Assembly: GCF_902652985.1 (NCBI RefSeq)
Contig: NC_047025.1
Span: 6,758,001 to 6,822,000, forward strand
Source: Pecten maximus
Lineage: Eukaryota
Length of the DNA: 64,000 nucleotides
Reading direction: 5' to 3'
Part shown: in pieces, positions 50,813-64,000 of the stretch
Numbering within the stretch: position 1 is the first letter of the stretch
Layout of the letters: the number at the start of each line of letters is the position of its first letter
Notes under the pieces: generated by a model
Databases searched by the model: none
Told to the model about the DNA's origin: nothing
Seen by the model: only the letters and a program-made list of their open reading frames with translations
Program-made: the position numbers and the translations under genes

Positions 50813-53017
50813 TACGGTACTTCGGGACATACTAATAACCGGAGCGGTGTGTGTTTCGCCCGGAGCCACGACTCGTCCTGCTACAATTATGTGTCCGAGT
50901 GAGCATGTGTGCTTATCAATAATGTAAATTTGAATTAAAGCTACCGGGTCGATAGGTGATTTATAATAAATCAATAAACATATCAATATTTCTGGTGAGG
51001 TTCTTTTTCACGCAGCGAGTATTTATATAAATGTGTGGCGCAGTGGTATATGATGTATGTATTTCTGATCATCGTGACAAATCATATGTGTTTTTAAATA
51101 TATCGCAGCTTATACCACTTCATCACATCCACGCTCTTAAAACAATATACGTGTCAATACTGCCATTAGATTCGACCTGATACACAGACATGATCATTTA
51201 TTAGCGACAAATCGTTTATTTGATGGTATGATTACCTGGATCGCAAAGTGTATACAGTACATATATGGATACAAATTGCAAATATATCATATATATTCAA
51301 TACAGCCCAACTACGACCTGAAATCCAAATCTTTAACCTTCTGATCAACAGCACAGATTGACTATGATAAACACGGTGTTGATTAATAGGTATATGTAAT
51401 ACATTGGCGGATATTACTGGCTAGGTCCCCAGGTATGATCAGGGAACGAATTACAGAATTACCTCCCTTCGTCATTAATGGTTATTTGTTAATATCTTAT
51501 TATCTAATTAAAGATTCAAAGATTAAAGATGGGAAATTCAATTCGCTGGCTGATACGTAATAGACACAGATATCGTAGCATTTACTAAAAAACATATACA
51601 TACAGCATATGGTGATTTAGAATTTGATCTACAAACTCAAGCTTACATGTCTGCTGTCTGTCTTCTGACGGATCAGCAAATAGCTTTTGGGAAGGGGAAA
51701 AAAAACACTTGGTCTGCTTTTGTATGGTGTAATATTGCATAAGTAGACAGGCTGCTGTCTCCTCATACTTATTTAAGGGGTCTTGTGTAAATTATTCCAG
51801 TGTTTTTCGCCCTCTTTTCATCGATTTCTCGGCAGATTTTTCGTGTGTGTTTACACGGCGGTATTCTCCCAAATACAAACTGCCATTTGTAATATGATTA
51901 TGATGACCTCGTTATTGATGGCGCAGCAACCTGGGGTTTGCCGACATCCTTCCAAGCCTTTAAATGGAAGAAGTACGGTAGTCTATCTATTACAGATCAA
52001 ATATTAACCTTTGTATCATTTGCTTATTTGTCAGGTTAAGTTCTGTGATGAGAGAGCGAGTACAGTCATAGAAGAAATACTTTCCCAGTTGTTGGATAAA
52101 AAGTATACATAGTGTATGCCTATTATTGTAACCGTACATTTGTACAAGATAAAATGCTTCAATCCTGTGTCGCTCCTTCGACTATGACCTGTTTACTGGC
52201 AAATACAGCGTATATGGAGTTCAGTTGTGCATGCTAAACTGGCCGAAAAAATATCATCTCTGCTGGTTCTCCAACATTTTCTTCTCTTACAACAATACAT
52301 ATATAGCCGAAAGGGACATATCTTAAAAACAAACATGATGGCTGAGTGTTGATTGAAAGATAAATTTTATAACAAGAAACATGAAGCAGACTTTAAGCAA
52401 ATAAAAAAAAAACAAAAAAAAAAACAGATTATGTTGACAATGCCCTACTGTAGCATTTGCACTTCCGTCATACAAAAGCTAAAATCTTAGATTACACTGA
52501 CGTATGGTATTAATCACTCGTTTGCTAGCACGTGCTTTGGTTGCTGTTCAAAACTTTGGTGCTGTTCAGTTTGCATTAACGATATCATTTTGACACTTAA
52601 TGACGTGTTAAATGATTGACACAAAAATACCTAACAACAATTTTGGAGTCATTACACTACTAACATATTATACATAAAAGCCTGATTTTACGTCATGAAT
52701 TCGAGAATATTATGACCTGACATACAAAAATGTAAAAAATAAACCATGTTTACATTGAATGTAAACAATCATTGTTTCTGTCTTAATTGCTCGATTTTAA
52801 CTAATAGAATCGTGATAGCTTTGTTGTGCAGAGTTCCATACGGCACACACATTCCAATCATTTCATGAACCTACTGTTCTTTCTGTTATTAGTGTGCTTT
52901 AGGTGAGGATGTTGAACAAGACAATTGCACATTCTATACTTTAGTGTGTTATAAAACTATTTAGTCGACGTCTAGACCTGTTAAAATCTCCGATGTGTGA
53001 CTACATACCCTACAACA

Positions 53018-54220
53018 GCTGAGACATACCGGAGTCTTTAAGCTATAGTCACACCAGATCGTACGATTTCTGAATCGTGCGATTGGGGGCGATTTGGCCG
53101 AGTTACGACCAATCGGCAATGTTTGTTGCGATGTCTATTCGCGATCGCATACTGCGATTGGTCCTACGACTGGTGGTAGGTCATCGTACCATTGGTGGTG
53201 CGCTTGGTCGCAGATTGATCGCAAGATCAATCGTAGACAATCGTAGGCAATCGTGCGATGGGTGGTGCGATCAGTGACCAATCGCACGATCAGTCGTGGC
53301 AACCTGCGACTGCTCGCACGATCAGTCGTGGCAACCTGCGACTGCTCACACGATCAGTCGTAGCCAATCGCAGACAGTCGATCGATCATATATATCATAC
53401 ATATATATATATATATGGCACACACATTCCAATCATTTCATGAACCCACTGTTCTTTCTGTTTATATATATATATCGTTGGTTTCGACGCCGTAGAAGTG
53501 CTGCGGCAGTCACTGCACCCAGTTGTTGTTGCTGATGCTGCAGTAACAACATTGCTTGTATTTCCGCCATTTTGTTACCTGTACCCAGAAAAGTGGTTTG
53601 CGAGGTAAAGACTGATGGTGCAACCGATCGTAAGGTCGTGCAAACACTCGGGACAGGTCGTGACTGATCGTACGACCAATTGTGAGGTCGTACGATCGGT
53701 GGTACCACCAATCGTAGAGTGGCACGACCAGTAGCACGACCAAATTGCGACTACTTGGCCCGCGATCATGCACGACTGGTCCTGCGTTCATGTGCGACTG
53801 GTGGTACGACCGTTCTGCGACCACTTGCGATTTAGAATCGAAGGTCAGAAGTTTTGAACATGACCATCGACTTTGCTGCGACTGATTTTGCGCGTGCGAT
53901 CACCCACGACCACTGCGACTAGTCGTGCGCTCATGCTACGATTTCCCTGCGATTCCGATTTTCTTCGGTCGCAACTAGGTCGTAATCTGGTCGTAGGTCC
54001 GGTGTGACTGGGGCTTTAGAAGCTGTTGTTGCTTATGCTGCTTAACGTACATCATTTATGAAGGCCGACGACTGACCCGTGAGTTGTCAGTATAGTATGT
54101 CTTGTAAACGTATGTGTGCTAATACTATAAAGTATGTTTTACCATACCACAAGAAGGCAAACACGGAATTAACCACACACATGCAGTTCGCACACAGTGG
54201 ATGATAGGGCGTCAACCAAC
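53018..54220 (+). mobile_element. Old Meta-type SINE split by the Harbinger insertion
   Basis: gagacataccggagtctt before, and gctgttgttgcttatgctgcttaacg...gacgactg...gttgtcagtata...cacacacatgcagttcgcac after, align collinearly with 47055-47330. Confidence 0.6.
53041..54015 (-). mobile_element. Non-autonomous PIF/Harbinger DNA transposon (internal deletion derivative)
   Basis: TIRs agctatagtcacaccaga / tccggtgtgactggggct. TTA TSD at 53038-53040 and 54016-54018. GC-rich cgacc/ggtcg subterminal repeats. Remnant MAEIQAMLLLQHQQQQLGAVTAAALLRRRNQR resembles a Harbinger transposase N-terminus. Confidence 0.85.
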
Positions 54221-54751
54221 ACACACAACACACACACAACCACACACCCACACCCACACACCCACACACAAACACACCCCAAAATAATCCTTGCAACCAC
54301 GTTCCTAGCATCTACACACACATTCTTCACCATAATTTTAAATATTACAACAACTCGACTTACTGGCTATAAGAATATATCCCGGGAATGGAAATGGAAT
54401 CAATATAATAAGTGAATCATAATCACATAGGAATTATTAATCAATTATGATCATCTCTTGTGATTTGTTTATTACGTTACTTTTCCATTGTTCCAAGGCC
54501 TACATTATCACAATACGAAAACTCCATTTTACATGTGATTGAGGAATATTTTAGTCTATTTTCCGAAATAAAATCCAGACCCCAAAATAAGTTGTATTAT
54601 ACATTAGATAGAAATCCTGAGAATTTAGCTAATGTAGCAGTGAATTACAATGCATTACAATTTCAAATGCATTGTGATTTGTGATTGTTAAGAACTCAAT
54701 TTCTGGTATTTCAGCCTTGATATATATAGCGTTGTATTAACATGTAATACA

Positions 54752-54837
54752 ACGCTTCGCGGTTTATTCAGAGTACACCCCAGTTTTTTTGTGTTATTGC
54801 TCAATAACGTAAAACAAATATTACAGTTAACCCTTAA
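54752..54837. mobile_element. Right half of the 45375-45538 palindromic element
   Basis: cgcttcgcggtttattcagagtacaccccagttttt...atattacagttaaccctta. Confidence 0.85.
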
Positions 54838-56134
54838 ATATTTCATTACACAGTCAAACGTAAGCTAATACATCGGAATGTATTTAAATACCCTGATTCT
54901 TATGATAGTTTAATATTCTTACAAACAAAGCTATTGCTTGTCAAGTTTTAAAAGCTGCCCGATATTTCACATTATTGGACAATTCCAAGGGGAATTAATT
55001 CATATTTCATCTATTTTTAGAACGTCCAGTCAACAAACAGTTACCAAGTTTATTTTTCACGACCGGTCAATATCACGTTTTATTGGGAATCACGTGACAC
55101 TATTTAAGCCAATTAGAAAATGTGAAAACTATGTTTTTTAATAATAAGAAATATTAATTTAAATGGTTTACACTTTGGTAATATCCAATGTTAATTCACT
55201 TTCGTTTCAGTTCGCAATGTATTTCCTGCGGAATTTCGAATTAAAGTCTTTTCTGATTGACGAGAACTCAGATCCCAAATAATTTATCCTTTGATAAAGG
55301 TAGCATTGTATTATAGAATTGATTACTCTTAAATGTTTTTATCTTGTTAAAAGCAAATATTAGCTCATTAGCTGGACATTCATTTTTTGTTAATTAATTG
55401 AAACCCTGAGTACGTACATATTAAGTGATTTGTCACTGAAAGCATAGGACTAAGCAGGGGAATCAAAGTGTACTTTCTAGAGAGAGTTGCCTTGTTGTCT
55501 CCAAAGTGTTTAGGTATGGAACACTTCAAAACACACGTATATCTGGGGTCATTTTTCTTCAATTAGAAGTATGAGCAGTTTCCATTGATTTCTGTTCAGA
55601 ACCATGTGTAATGCTAGATACATGATCAAGGCCTTCGCTTAGACCGAATAAACTTAGAAATCCTATACATCAAAATGTAATGAGACACCAATTCGCCGTC
55701 TTTTGAATGTCTAGAAAACTATCTTGACTGATACCTTGTTGTATACAGAGCTAGGTTGATTATTTTTATTGTTAATATGACGAGGAGAACGACGCATCTA
55801 CAGTATCTTGAATCAATGAATAGATTGCTATATAAAAAGGGAGCTATTTTAATGATACACATTCTTGTTTAAATAAAGGTACCTTCATTTCATATACAAA
55901 TACAAAGTTTTCAGAAAGCGTTCAATAATTTCCGTCATAACCAGAATATGAAATGACGTAAAAATTTGTTTCCAAATAGTTTAACAGCAAACGTTTGCGA
56001 TAACAAACTATGTTCTTGACTTTTATTTCCGGATTTTTTGCAGACATCTTATACATTTATCTGAAGACTTCATCGTAGAGAGACATATCAAATACAGTTT
56101 TAACACATAGAAAGAAACCAGATAAAACGTCACA

Positions 56135-56600
56135 AAACTACGGCTTCAGGTCAGGATGCTAATGTTAACATTAGTATATTAACCTTATTTAACAACTTCG
56201 TCAAACAGTAGGAACATAGAAACCAAATTGATATACCAATCTTAGACTTCTCAAAGGCCTTTGACACCATACGACTCACAAGGAGACTTAACACGAACAT
56301 ACCGCAGCCTCCCAAAATACACTTATGCACTCACCACATGCATGCATGTCGCACGCACGGGAGGCCATCCTTAAATGACCTTAGCTGTTAATAGGACGTT
56401 AAACTAGATAAACCAAACCAAACCAAACCATACGACTCACCATACAACTTTAAAACTTAAGATATATTGAATCAAAACAACATACACAAATTGCTAAAAA
56501 AGAGACCAATACGGACACGTGATGAAGGAATGAAATCAGGAGTAAGTGAAAGTGGACTCCGATACAATATACATATACAGTTCTCGCCAGGTGCAATGGT
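56135..56600 (+). pseudogene. Ancient LINE reverse-transcriptase remnant (CR1/RTE-like)
   Basis: YGFRSGC...QIDIPILDFSKAFDT, matching the GFR and LDFSKAFD RT motifs. Interrupted by a SINE. Confidence 0.65.
56280..56426 (+). mobile_element. 5'-truncated Meta-type SINE with ~14-bp TSD
   Basis: Matches 47268-47389. accatacgactcac occurs at 56266-56279 and 56427-56440. Confidence 0.9.
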
Positions 56601-58446
56601 CCTTAGAATAATGCCACAGCGTCAGGTTCTAATCCCATCCATTCGGTCATGAACACGGTTGAAACGTCGGTCGACGCCGGCTCAGCATCCGAGTGGTAAC
56701 CGTTATATTGACGCTGCGTTGCATGATGTGGAAGAGTGTTGGGAATTAGCGAGACTAATACGTTGGGATAGCTAGCAGCCTTACATTGCACTGCTGGTGG
56801 TCTTCTCATATACAGGTAAGATACATGTTTCAAATTTTATTAAAATATATATCTCTAATATTTGCTTTCACTGTCCGAATTTCATCACTGCCGTTGCATT
56901 TGTATAGTTGTAATTAAGAGCTTTGCGATATTTGGAGCGTGTTGAGTTGCACCCCTTGATTATACATTCAGCAAATGCTTACATTATATATACATAGCGC
57001 ATTGGGTGGCGACGAGAAAATTCAAACAATGGACCAGTTCAGTTACGCATCACATATACATGTATCATAGATAGTATATATCAAATACGATAAGGACAGT
57101 ATTCATGACGTTAGAACAATTTAGATACACTCAAGGACATATTCTTTAGAGAAATGATATAAATATCAGTTGATTTGTAAATAATTATAAATAAAACCGA
57201 AATAAATAAACAATAAATATAAAATTAATTAGTAAATAAATAAATAAATACCTGTTTTAACCAAGTGTCATTTGAAGATTAATATTCCACTTTGCGAATT
57301 CCACATGTTAACTGTCCGTTTTATATATAGACATCCACAAACCACAGCAGCTCTCGTCCTCGTGATTAATGCTTTCCGACAAGCAGATCTCGCTGTCAAG
57401 ATTGCAAAAACAATATATTGCGGCGATTACCAGTTGTTGGGTCCACCCTTCCACTCCACCCTTCCCGCTTACTCATGTTCTTTAGTCAGTTTCCTGTCGT
57501 GTGTCGAACTAAACCGATTAGAGTGATGTTACTGATCTCAGAACAGTCATCTCAAAGCCTTCGTGACCGGGCGACTGTCAGTTCCCGACGGTAATCTAGC
57601 AATAGCACTCTATATGTCGAGTCCAAAGCTATTATAGAATACATTATCATGGAGATGTTGTCTGCTTGTTTATCAGCGAAGGCCTCTTATCGCTTACCAT
57701 AGAATATCATAAATTGCTGAACTTGTTTAGGTTAATACGAGGCAGAGTTTACCCTGAAAAAGGTTCGAAGGTTCATTAACAATTCATTGTATTAGCCTTA
57801 ACGACGTCAATAACCGTTTTGTTATATGCAACGATTCCTATAATACCATTGGTTGCTAGGAGTTTACCCATTCAACAAAGTCTTAAAATAATTCATCTTA
57901 AATATCATATTCATTTGAAAATTACAAAGTGTAATAAACCAAGCATAACACAAATATCATAAAGTGCTCGCGGTATCAGTTTCATCTGATATTTTCTAGT
58001 CCAATGATCGGCTATCCTTTTCTGTGAATGGTTAAAAATACGATGAATCGAGCATTTTCCTGTTTCTATTTATAGCCGAGAATAACAATTCGTCAGTTTC
58101 AGGTAAACATTTTTATCTTGTCAAAATTATGTGCGATTTCTCTAGGCCAATCACAGGAGAGGATTTTTTTTCTGTCCCATAACAAATGACAATGTTTTAT
58201 ACCACAATTCAATGTTATTTATTCCAGTGTCAAAAACCACGGTTACGTTTTTAAAGAAAATATACATTAAACTATAATGTGGAGATACATTATCACAAGA
58301 TACAGAACAGGTGATTGGGATAGCCCCTACCAAACAAGCTCTCTAGCTGTGATATATAATATATGGTAACAAATTAAGCGGTCATCTTTATAACATCAGA
58401 TATATCTTTTACATTATAAGGAGACTCTTACTTCCTTCTACAATAT

Positions 58447-58628
58447 TTGGTTAAGTTTGGTTTATTTTGTTTAACGTCCTATTGACAGTCAGGGCCATTT
58501 AAGGACGTGCCAGGTTTTTGAGGTGGAGGAAAGCCGGAGAACCCGGAGAAAAACTACCGACCCACGGTCAGTACCTGGCAACTGCCCCACGTAGGTTTCG
58601 AACTCGCAACCCAGAGGTGAAGGGCTAG
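58447..58628 (-). mobile_element. V-type SINE lacking the A-box end
   Basis: Tail, V-domain and B box present. Confidence 0.9.
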
Positions 58629-59309
58629 CGAAAACGAGCTTTAAAGGGTTTTGGGATGGGGTCCTCACAAACAAGGCCTATCTAATCAGGAACATACTAT
58701 TAATTCAAACAATGTCTATCTCATAAACAAATATGCGATGTAAAAACGTTATGGATTATTAAAACTGCTTAAAACTATTGGATAACTTTTTAGTGCAATA
58801 GATATAGGCTTTGTAAATTTAACCGTTTTGCTTATAACACATTAATACTTTTTCCATAATAAAATAATACATTTAATGAACAAATCATTTGTATTTCAAA
58901 CCACTACAGAAATATGTTACTTCAGATTATCATTTTGCTTACTATATTTGACCTATAAAGCATCCATCTGGCTTAAGCATTCTTCATGTCATCCCCGCTA
59001 TTTCATTAGAAATACTAGAATGTTTTTCTTGATCCAAAGTTATGCTCACTCAACATTGAAATTGATCAGTATCATATATAATGTAATTATATTGAAGTGT
59101 ATTCCATGCAATGGAATTGGTTTTACTCTATAATGTACAATGCAATAATGTTTTACTGTATAATGTAAAATGCAATGTTGTTTTAATGTATAATATACAA
59201 TGCAATTATGTTTTACTGCATCGTTTTCAAATTCAAAATAAAACATTCAATAAAACAAAAAGGTAATGACAACTCGCAAATGGTTTATTAGTGTGGCTAT
59301 TACGTGTCT

Positions 59310-59530
59310 TTAAAACCCGGAAACCGCTAGAGACCCATGGTCATGCTTTTGGTACATTGCATTTAAAGCGTTCGGATGAAGGGCTACCAATTTTCTCCAA
59401 ATGAATTACCTTGATCTGCCTTCAAGTTCACATTGGTCAATTGTCCTAAACCAATCTAAATACAAAAACATCCACTATCTGCATGTATCTCAGATTTCAT
59501 GTGTTCATTTAGGCCCATGGACCTTTTGCT
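59310..59530 (+). mobile_element. Degenerate Helentron/HINE 3' remnant
   Basis: Ends in aggcccatggaccttttg, resembling the HINE terminal hairpin. Contains ccttgatctgccttcaagttcac. Confidence 0.4.
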
Positions 59531-59939
59531 ATGTGTAGATTTTGTAAATTAATGTTATTTGTAAATAATTTAATAGCAATTGATAAAGGGCTTGTTTGAA
59601 AATCAATGTGTACAATATCAACCTATTTTACCGTTTATAAATAAAAAATATAGGGATAATATCAATTATATCTAGGGCTTACATATAAAACATATTATAT
59701 GAAGTTTATTTTACAATGAATATATCAGTTCATCGTTTGTTGTTATACCAACTTTTCTATGATCAGCTGGGAATTAAAAGGTACTTAATACAATTTTGTG
59801 ACTTTTTTAAATGGTACGAACTATAGTTAAGTTCCGAAAAAGTGTTTTCTCAGATTTATTATTTTTTTAAAAGAAAGAAGCTAGCCAGAGCATGTTTTAA
59901 AAACTGGTTGAAAAGTGTGGACAGTCTTCATCACATGCT

Positions 59940-60168
59940 TTGGTTTGGTTTGGTTTGCTTTTGTTTAACGTCCTATTAACAGCCAGGGTCATTTATGGAC
60001 GTGTCAGGTTTTGGAGGTGGAGGAAAGCCGGAGTACCCGGAGAAAAACCACCGGCCTACGGTCAGTACCTAGCAACTGCCCCACGTAGGTTTCGAACTCG
60101 CAACCCAGAGGTGGAGGGCTAGTGATAAAAGTGTCGGGACACCTTAACCACTCGGCCACCGCGGCCCC
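59940..60168 (-). mobile_element. V-type SINE, full length, 13-bp TSD
   Basis: TSD ttcatcacatgct at 59927-59939 and 60169-60181. Confidence 0.95.
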
Positions 60169-60499
60169 TTCATCACATGCTGAATTCGATTGACAAACCC
60201 AAACCAAGCTTGTTTGCCCTTTGTGGTTAACTTACTTTCCAAACATCTTGATGGATGTTTGTAAAATAAAGAATAATGCATATTCAGGAGATTGTAACAC
60301 GAGTTGTGGTAAAAAGTGAATAACCAGCCTTTAGTGTTTTAGGAATGAAAAGCAATGGAACTTCTTATACCACAATACTGCAAAGTCCGGAATCGAAGTC
60401 GGTGTGGCCGGATTTCGAAACCAAACTTTGACAGAATACTCAAGAATTTCAGATTTCAAGAAGTGTGTCGCAATATGTATATGTATTAATCAGCAACAT

Positions 60500-60780
60500 A
60501 TTAATTGATTTGTGCCCGATCTACAGATGTTAATTTGTGTTAGATCAATTAATTTGTGCTTGATCTATATGTATTGATTTGTCTCTGATCAATCAGTTTG
60601 TTCCGGATCTATATGTATTGATTGGTGCCTGATCAATTAATTTGTGCTAGATGTATATGTGTATTATTTTGTGTTTGATCAATGAATTTGTGCCAAATAT
60701 ATACATGTATTAATATTTGTCAGATCAATTAATTTGTGCTGGATCTATTTGTATTAATTTGTTAAATTTCAATTAATCTA
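60500..60780. repeat. Degenerate AT-rich tandem repeat (attaatttgtgc..gatc)
   Basis: Recurrent alternating ~19 and ~24-bp units. Confidence 0.7.
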
Positions 60781-63700
60781 TTTATGTGAGATACGCTGTT
60801 CTTTCGTGGTATATCTATCCGCAGGAATTTAGTTAGTTCACGATGAATATAATAATCGTGAGGGGAGGTAACTTAGATTGTATTTTGTTGTAAATTTAGG
60901 TGAATTTCTGGTGCTGAATTCAATACAAGATGGTGGCCCCCATATACAAAAAGTTCAAACTAGTAGAATCTTGAATCATTCTGTTTACAAGTTTCCGAGA
61001 TGACATTCTTCAAAATGAAGGCTAGTGGACCAGTGTTGAAAACTCCATTTAAGCAGGACAGTGATAAACGTTAACATTATCGTCTATGTGAAATCATTTG
61101 GTTCCGTGGTTCCTTTATAATCCTGCAGGTTATTGCTTTTTGAGAAGATAATGCGTTCTTAGTCAGCTTTTCGTGTTAACAGACCTCTGAACCTTTAGAC
61201 ACAATATTGTCGTGGTATATTATTTACTGTGGATACATTCATTTTAATGATCATTTATTTCCAATCCTTACGAAATCGGGAAAATGATAGACCTGGTGGT
61301 TCTTAGTATATGTATGTTAATCAAATCCCACATACAAAGAAATCCACGGGGCCAGGGGAAATAGTTCATCCGAAATTCGTTAAAGTATCTTAATTTACAA
61401 TGTTACATGCAAGGATATAACTTTATATGAATCCTGTTCGTACTGTGTTATTTTACTAAATATGTAGTATAGTTCACCCATGAACTGGCATGGAAGGCGT
61501 AGTTATTTATAATAACAACTAGATTGTGTAATAGTTGCCCTATGTACCTTGTAGAATATCTCTACGGTTTTGACGTTCGGATCTGTACAACATATTTTTG
61601 ATCAATATAGCACTACCATTGTGGGATTGCCGGCCATCACGGCAATTCTATAGTACTCAAATCCTATCGTCGGATGTGGCATTTCACCTCTCGCTACCAT
61701 TTAATGTTCGTTAATTATTGACGACTGACTTTTATTGACAATTAGTAGAGTGGATAATCGCCTCTAATATCTGCAATTTCTGTATGCCCTTTATCATAAA
61801 ACAATAACAAAAATAACCCTTTTTATTATGGAAACCTGCCAGTCATCTTTAGTTCTGTTATATACAAACAGCAAAGAATACCTAAATAATAATAATACAA
61901 CAATTCTAATCAAAATCGATAAAAAGAAGACATAATATAAACACTAAGTGTTAAATGTCACAGGTCCGTAATAGAAAACCCCCCAAAAAACCCGCAGTCA
62001 AGATTAAAGCTTAAAGAAATCACATTATTGTTATCTAGTTCATGATACATATAAACACCAATTTCCTTCGAAAATTGTATACAAATGTTTTTAAATTCCC
62101 GCCATCATACCATCAATCATCGGACAATGTCTATATTTTTTCACCCAATCAAAAGCTGCTATTTCATTACCATAGCAACCAAGCAATCAGAGTTTATACC
62201 TTCAGCGGAAAGCACAAGTAAAAAAATCTGATTGCGTATTATTAATGTTTATTAATGCTAGTTTACAAAGAGGTTTTCATTCGGCGAAATGCAAAAACAA
62301 TAATGCATGCTTACATCTCTGTGCTGTGTTCGAACCTTATCAGTGATCTTTGTCCTCTACAGCATCACCCATAGTCGACGTTCTAGAAAGTATCACGAAA
62401 CTGTTAAGCTGCCATCAACCGAGAGAAAAAAAGCCAAAGAAGCCAAAAATCAACCAATATGATTCGACAAATTTCACAATATAGAAAAAGTAGGAAAAAG
62501 GAGGACAAAATGACAAAAATAAATACAAAAGAGATCAAAATGAGTATGATTTAAAAAAAAAAGAAGACAAATGGGGACAAACGGTGACGATTGTAGTGAA
62601 AATGAAAACTAGTGTAGGAGAAACGAGGACACAAAAGGATAAACGGAACTAATAAGAACAATCGATTAGACACGAGGGAGAATTTTACAATATGTTCATT
62701 TGTTTTCTAAATCATTTAGGATAAATGAAGACATAAAAAGACAAAGGAGGACAAAGGAGGACAAATGAGATAATTCCGTAGGTAATGTGACATCATATGC
62801 AACACACACAACACGAGGATACGATAGGGAGAATGAGGGGAGTAGAATTATTGGGTTGTAAACACCGCAATGTTTTATCCGTTGCATAGCAACTGAGCAA
62901 CAGATAAAAAAGATGGCGGATGTTCTATGAAGAAAGTGCATGCTTTGAACATCCTTTCAGGTCGGGGGTTCAAAGGTGAAATTCCCCTTTGTAAATTAAA
63001 AATTAGATAATGCACAATTTATTTCGAATCGTGTTGGTCGGCTTATTATAAGAAAACGTTATCAAGTTTACCTTGAAAAAAGTGCCTGATTGGGAAAACT
63101 TGTCAGGTCCGGTGATCAGAGGCCAAAGCATTATCACTAAAGAAAATATTTGTTTGGTATACTGTAGCTTTAAGCTTGGAAGCCAATGATCAAAGATAAT
63201 TTGTTTTTATAAAAACTTAATATACCTTTGATAGTTTATCACATAATCGGCCTGCTATCCAGTTAACTCAATCGTGTCATATTTTTGCACATGTCACTAG
63301 TACATTACAACCTCGACTTGGTGTGCTTTTCATTGGCTGTGCCAGTTTGAAATCGATAGTGACGTCACAATATGTACAACAACATAAACAGGAATTGTAA
63401 AAACTACAATAAAATGACTCTCTCTGTTTAATTTTCACCACATTTTGACTCTACAACCTGTCAAAATGTAAGATTTTTGATGAATAGTATCCTTTTAACA
63501 TTTCATGCGAGATGAAATTCATCTTGATGTTTAAATGTTCGCTCGATAGGGCTCGCAAAGACAACAACTTCTAAGATTCGTTTCACAAAATCTCAGAATA
63601 AATAAATGAAAACTCATCTAAGATCCTGTATGTCTAACGATCTACAGAGCTTGTTTAGATTTTGCCATGTCAGAATAGATATAATTAATGTTCCTTTCGG

Positions 63701-64000
63701 CCTTGGAAGAGCTCGTGATCTTTTATAGTAAGCATGTATCGTATTCTCGACAGAATAAAACCATGCTAAAAAGTGTCAATGCGACGCGCTGGTTGGCCAC
63801 ACACAAAAAAATTATAAAACATTGATATAAATTATCTTTTTCAAGATGGTGATGGGCCTACAAATAGCCAAATACTTGATAATGGGTTATGTAATTGGAA
63901 AATTTCGCCGTTTAAATTTTATATGGTACAGATACAGAATATTCTTGTTTAAACAGAAACATAATGATTCTAAAAATATATATATACACTGTACAGGGAA

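Overview
Eukaryotic, AT-rich, repeat-dense, gene-poor DNA. The SINE, MITE and Helentron-type repeats point to a bivalve mollusc (inference). There is no intact recognisable protein-coding gene, rRNA, functional tRNA, CRISPR array or operon. The long ORFs in the track are read-throughs of minisatellites or SINEs. Retroelements: a decayed L1/Tx1 LINE (7.8-11.8 kb) that has lost its RT core; a LINE RT remnant at 56 kb; about 7 copies of a tRNA-derived V-type SINE plus one of a second V-type family; Meta-type SINEs sharing the same 3' tail; and two tRNA-containing miniature LTR elements (TRIM/Helenus-like). DNA elements: a PIF/Harbinger deletion derivative, several MITEs and foldbacks, and hairpin-centred palindromic (Crypton-like) elements. 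There are about 8 tandem arrays. Most interesting observations: a 39-bp satellite grown from the SINE 3' tail; flank-templated filler DNA inside the Harbinger element; recurrent TACATGTA insertions resembling Tc1/mariner excision footprints; a composite SINE with a 5' extension incompatible with Pol III transcription; a duplicated block with a near-identical core containing a DR1 site; and a possible spliced 64-aa single-TM microprotein. I did not find a clearly novel multi-gene system.
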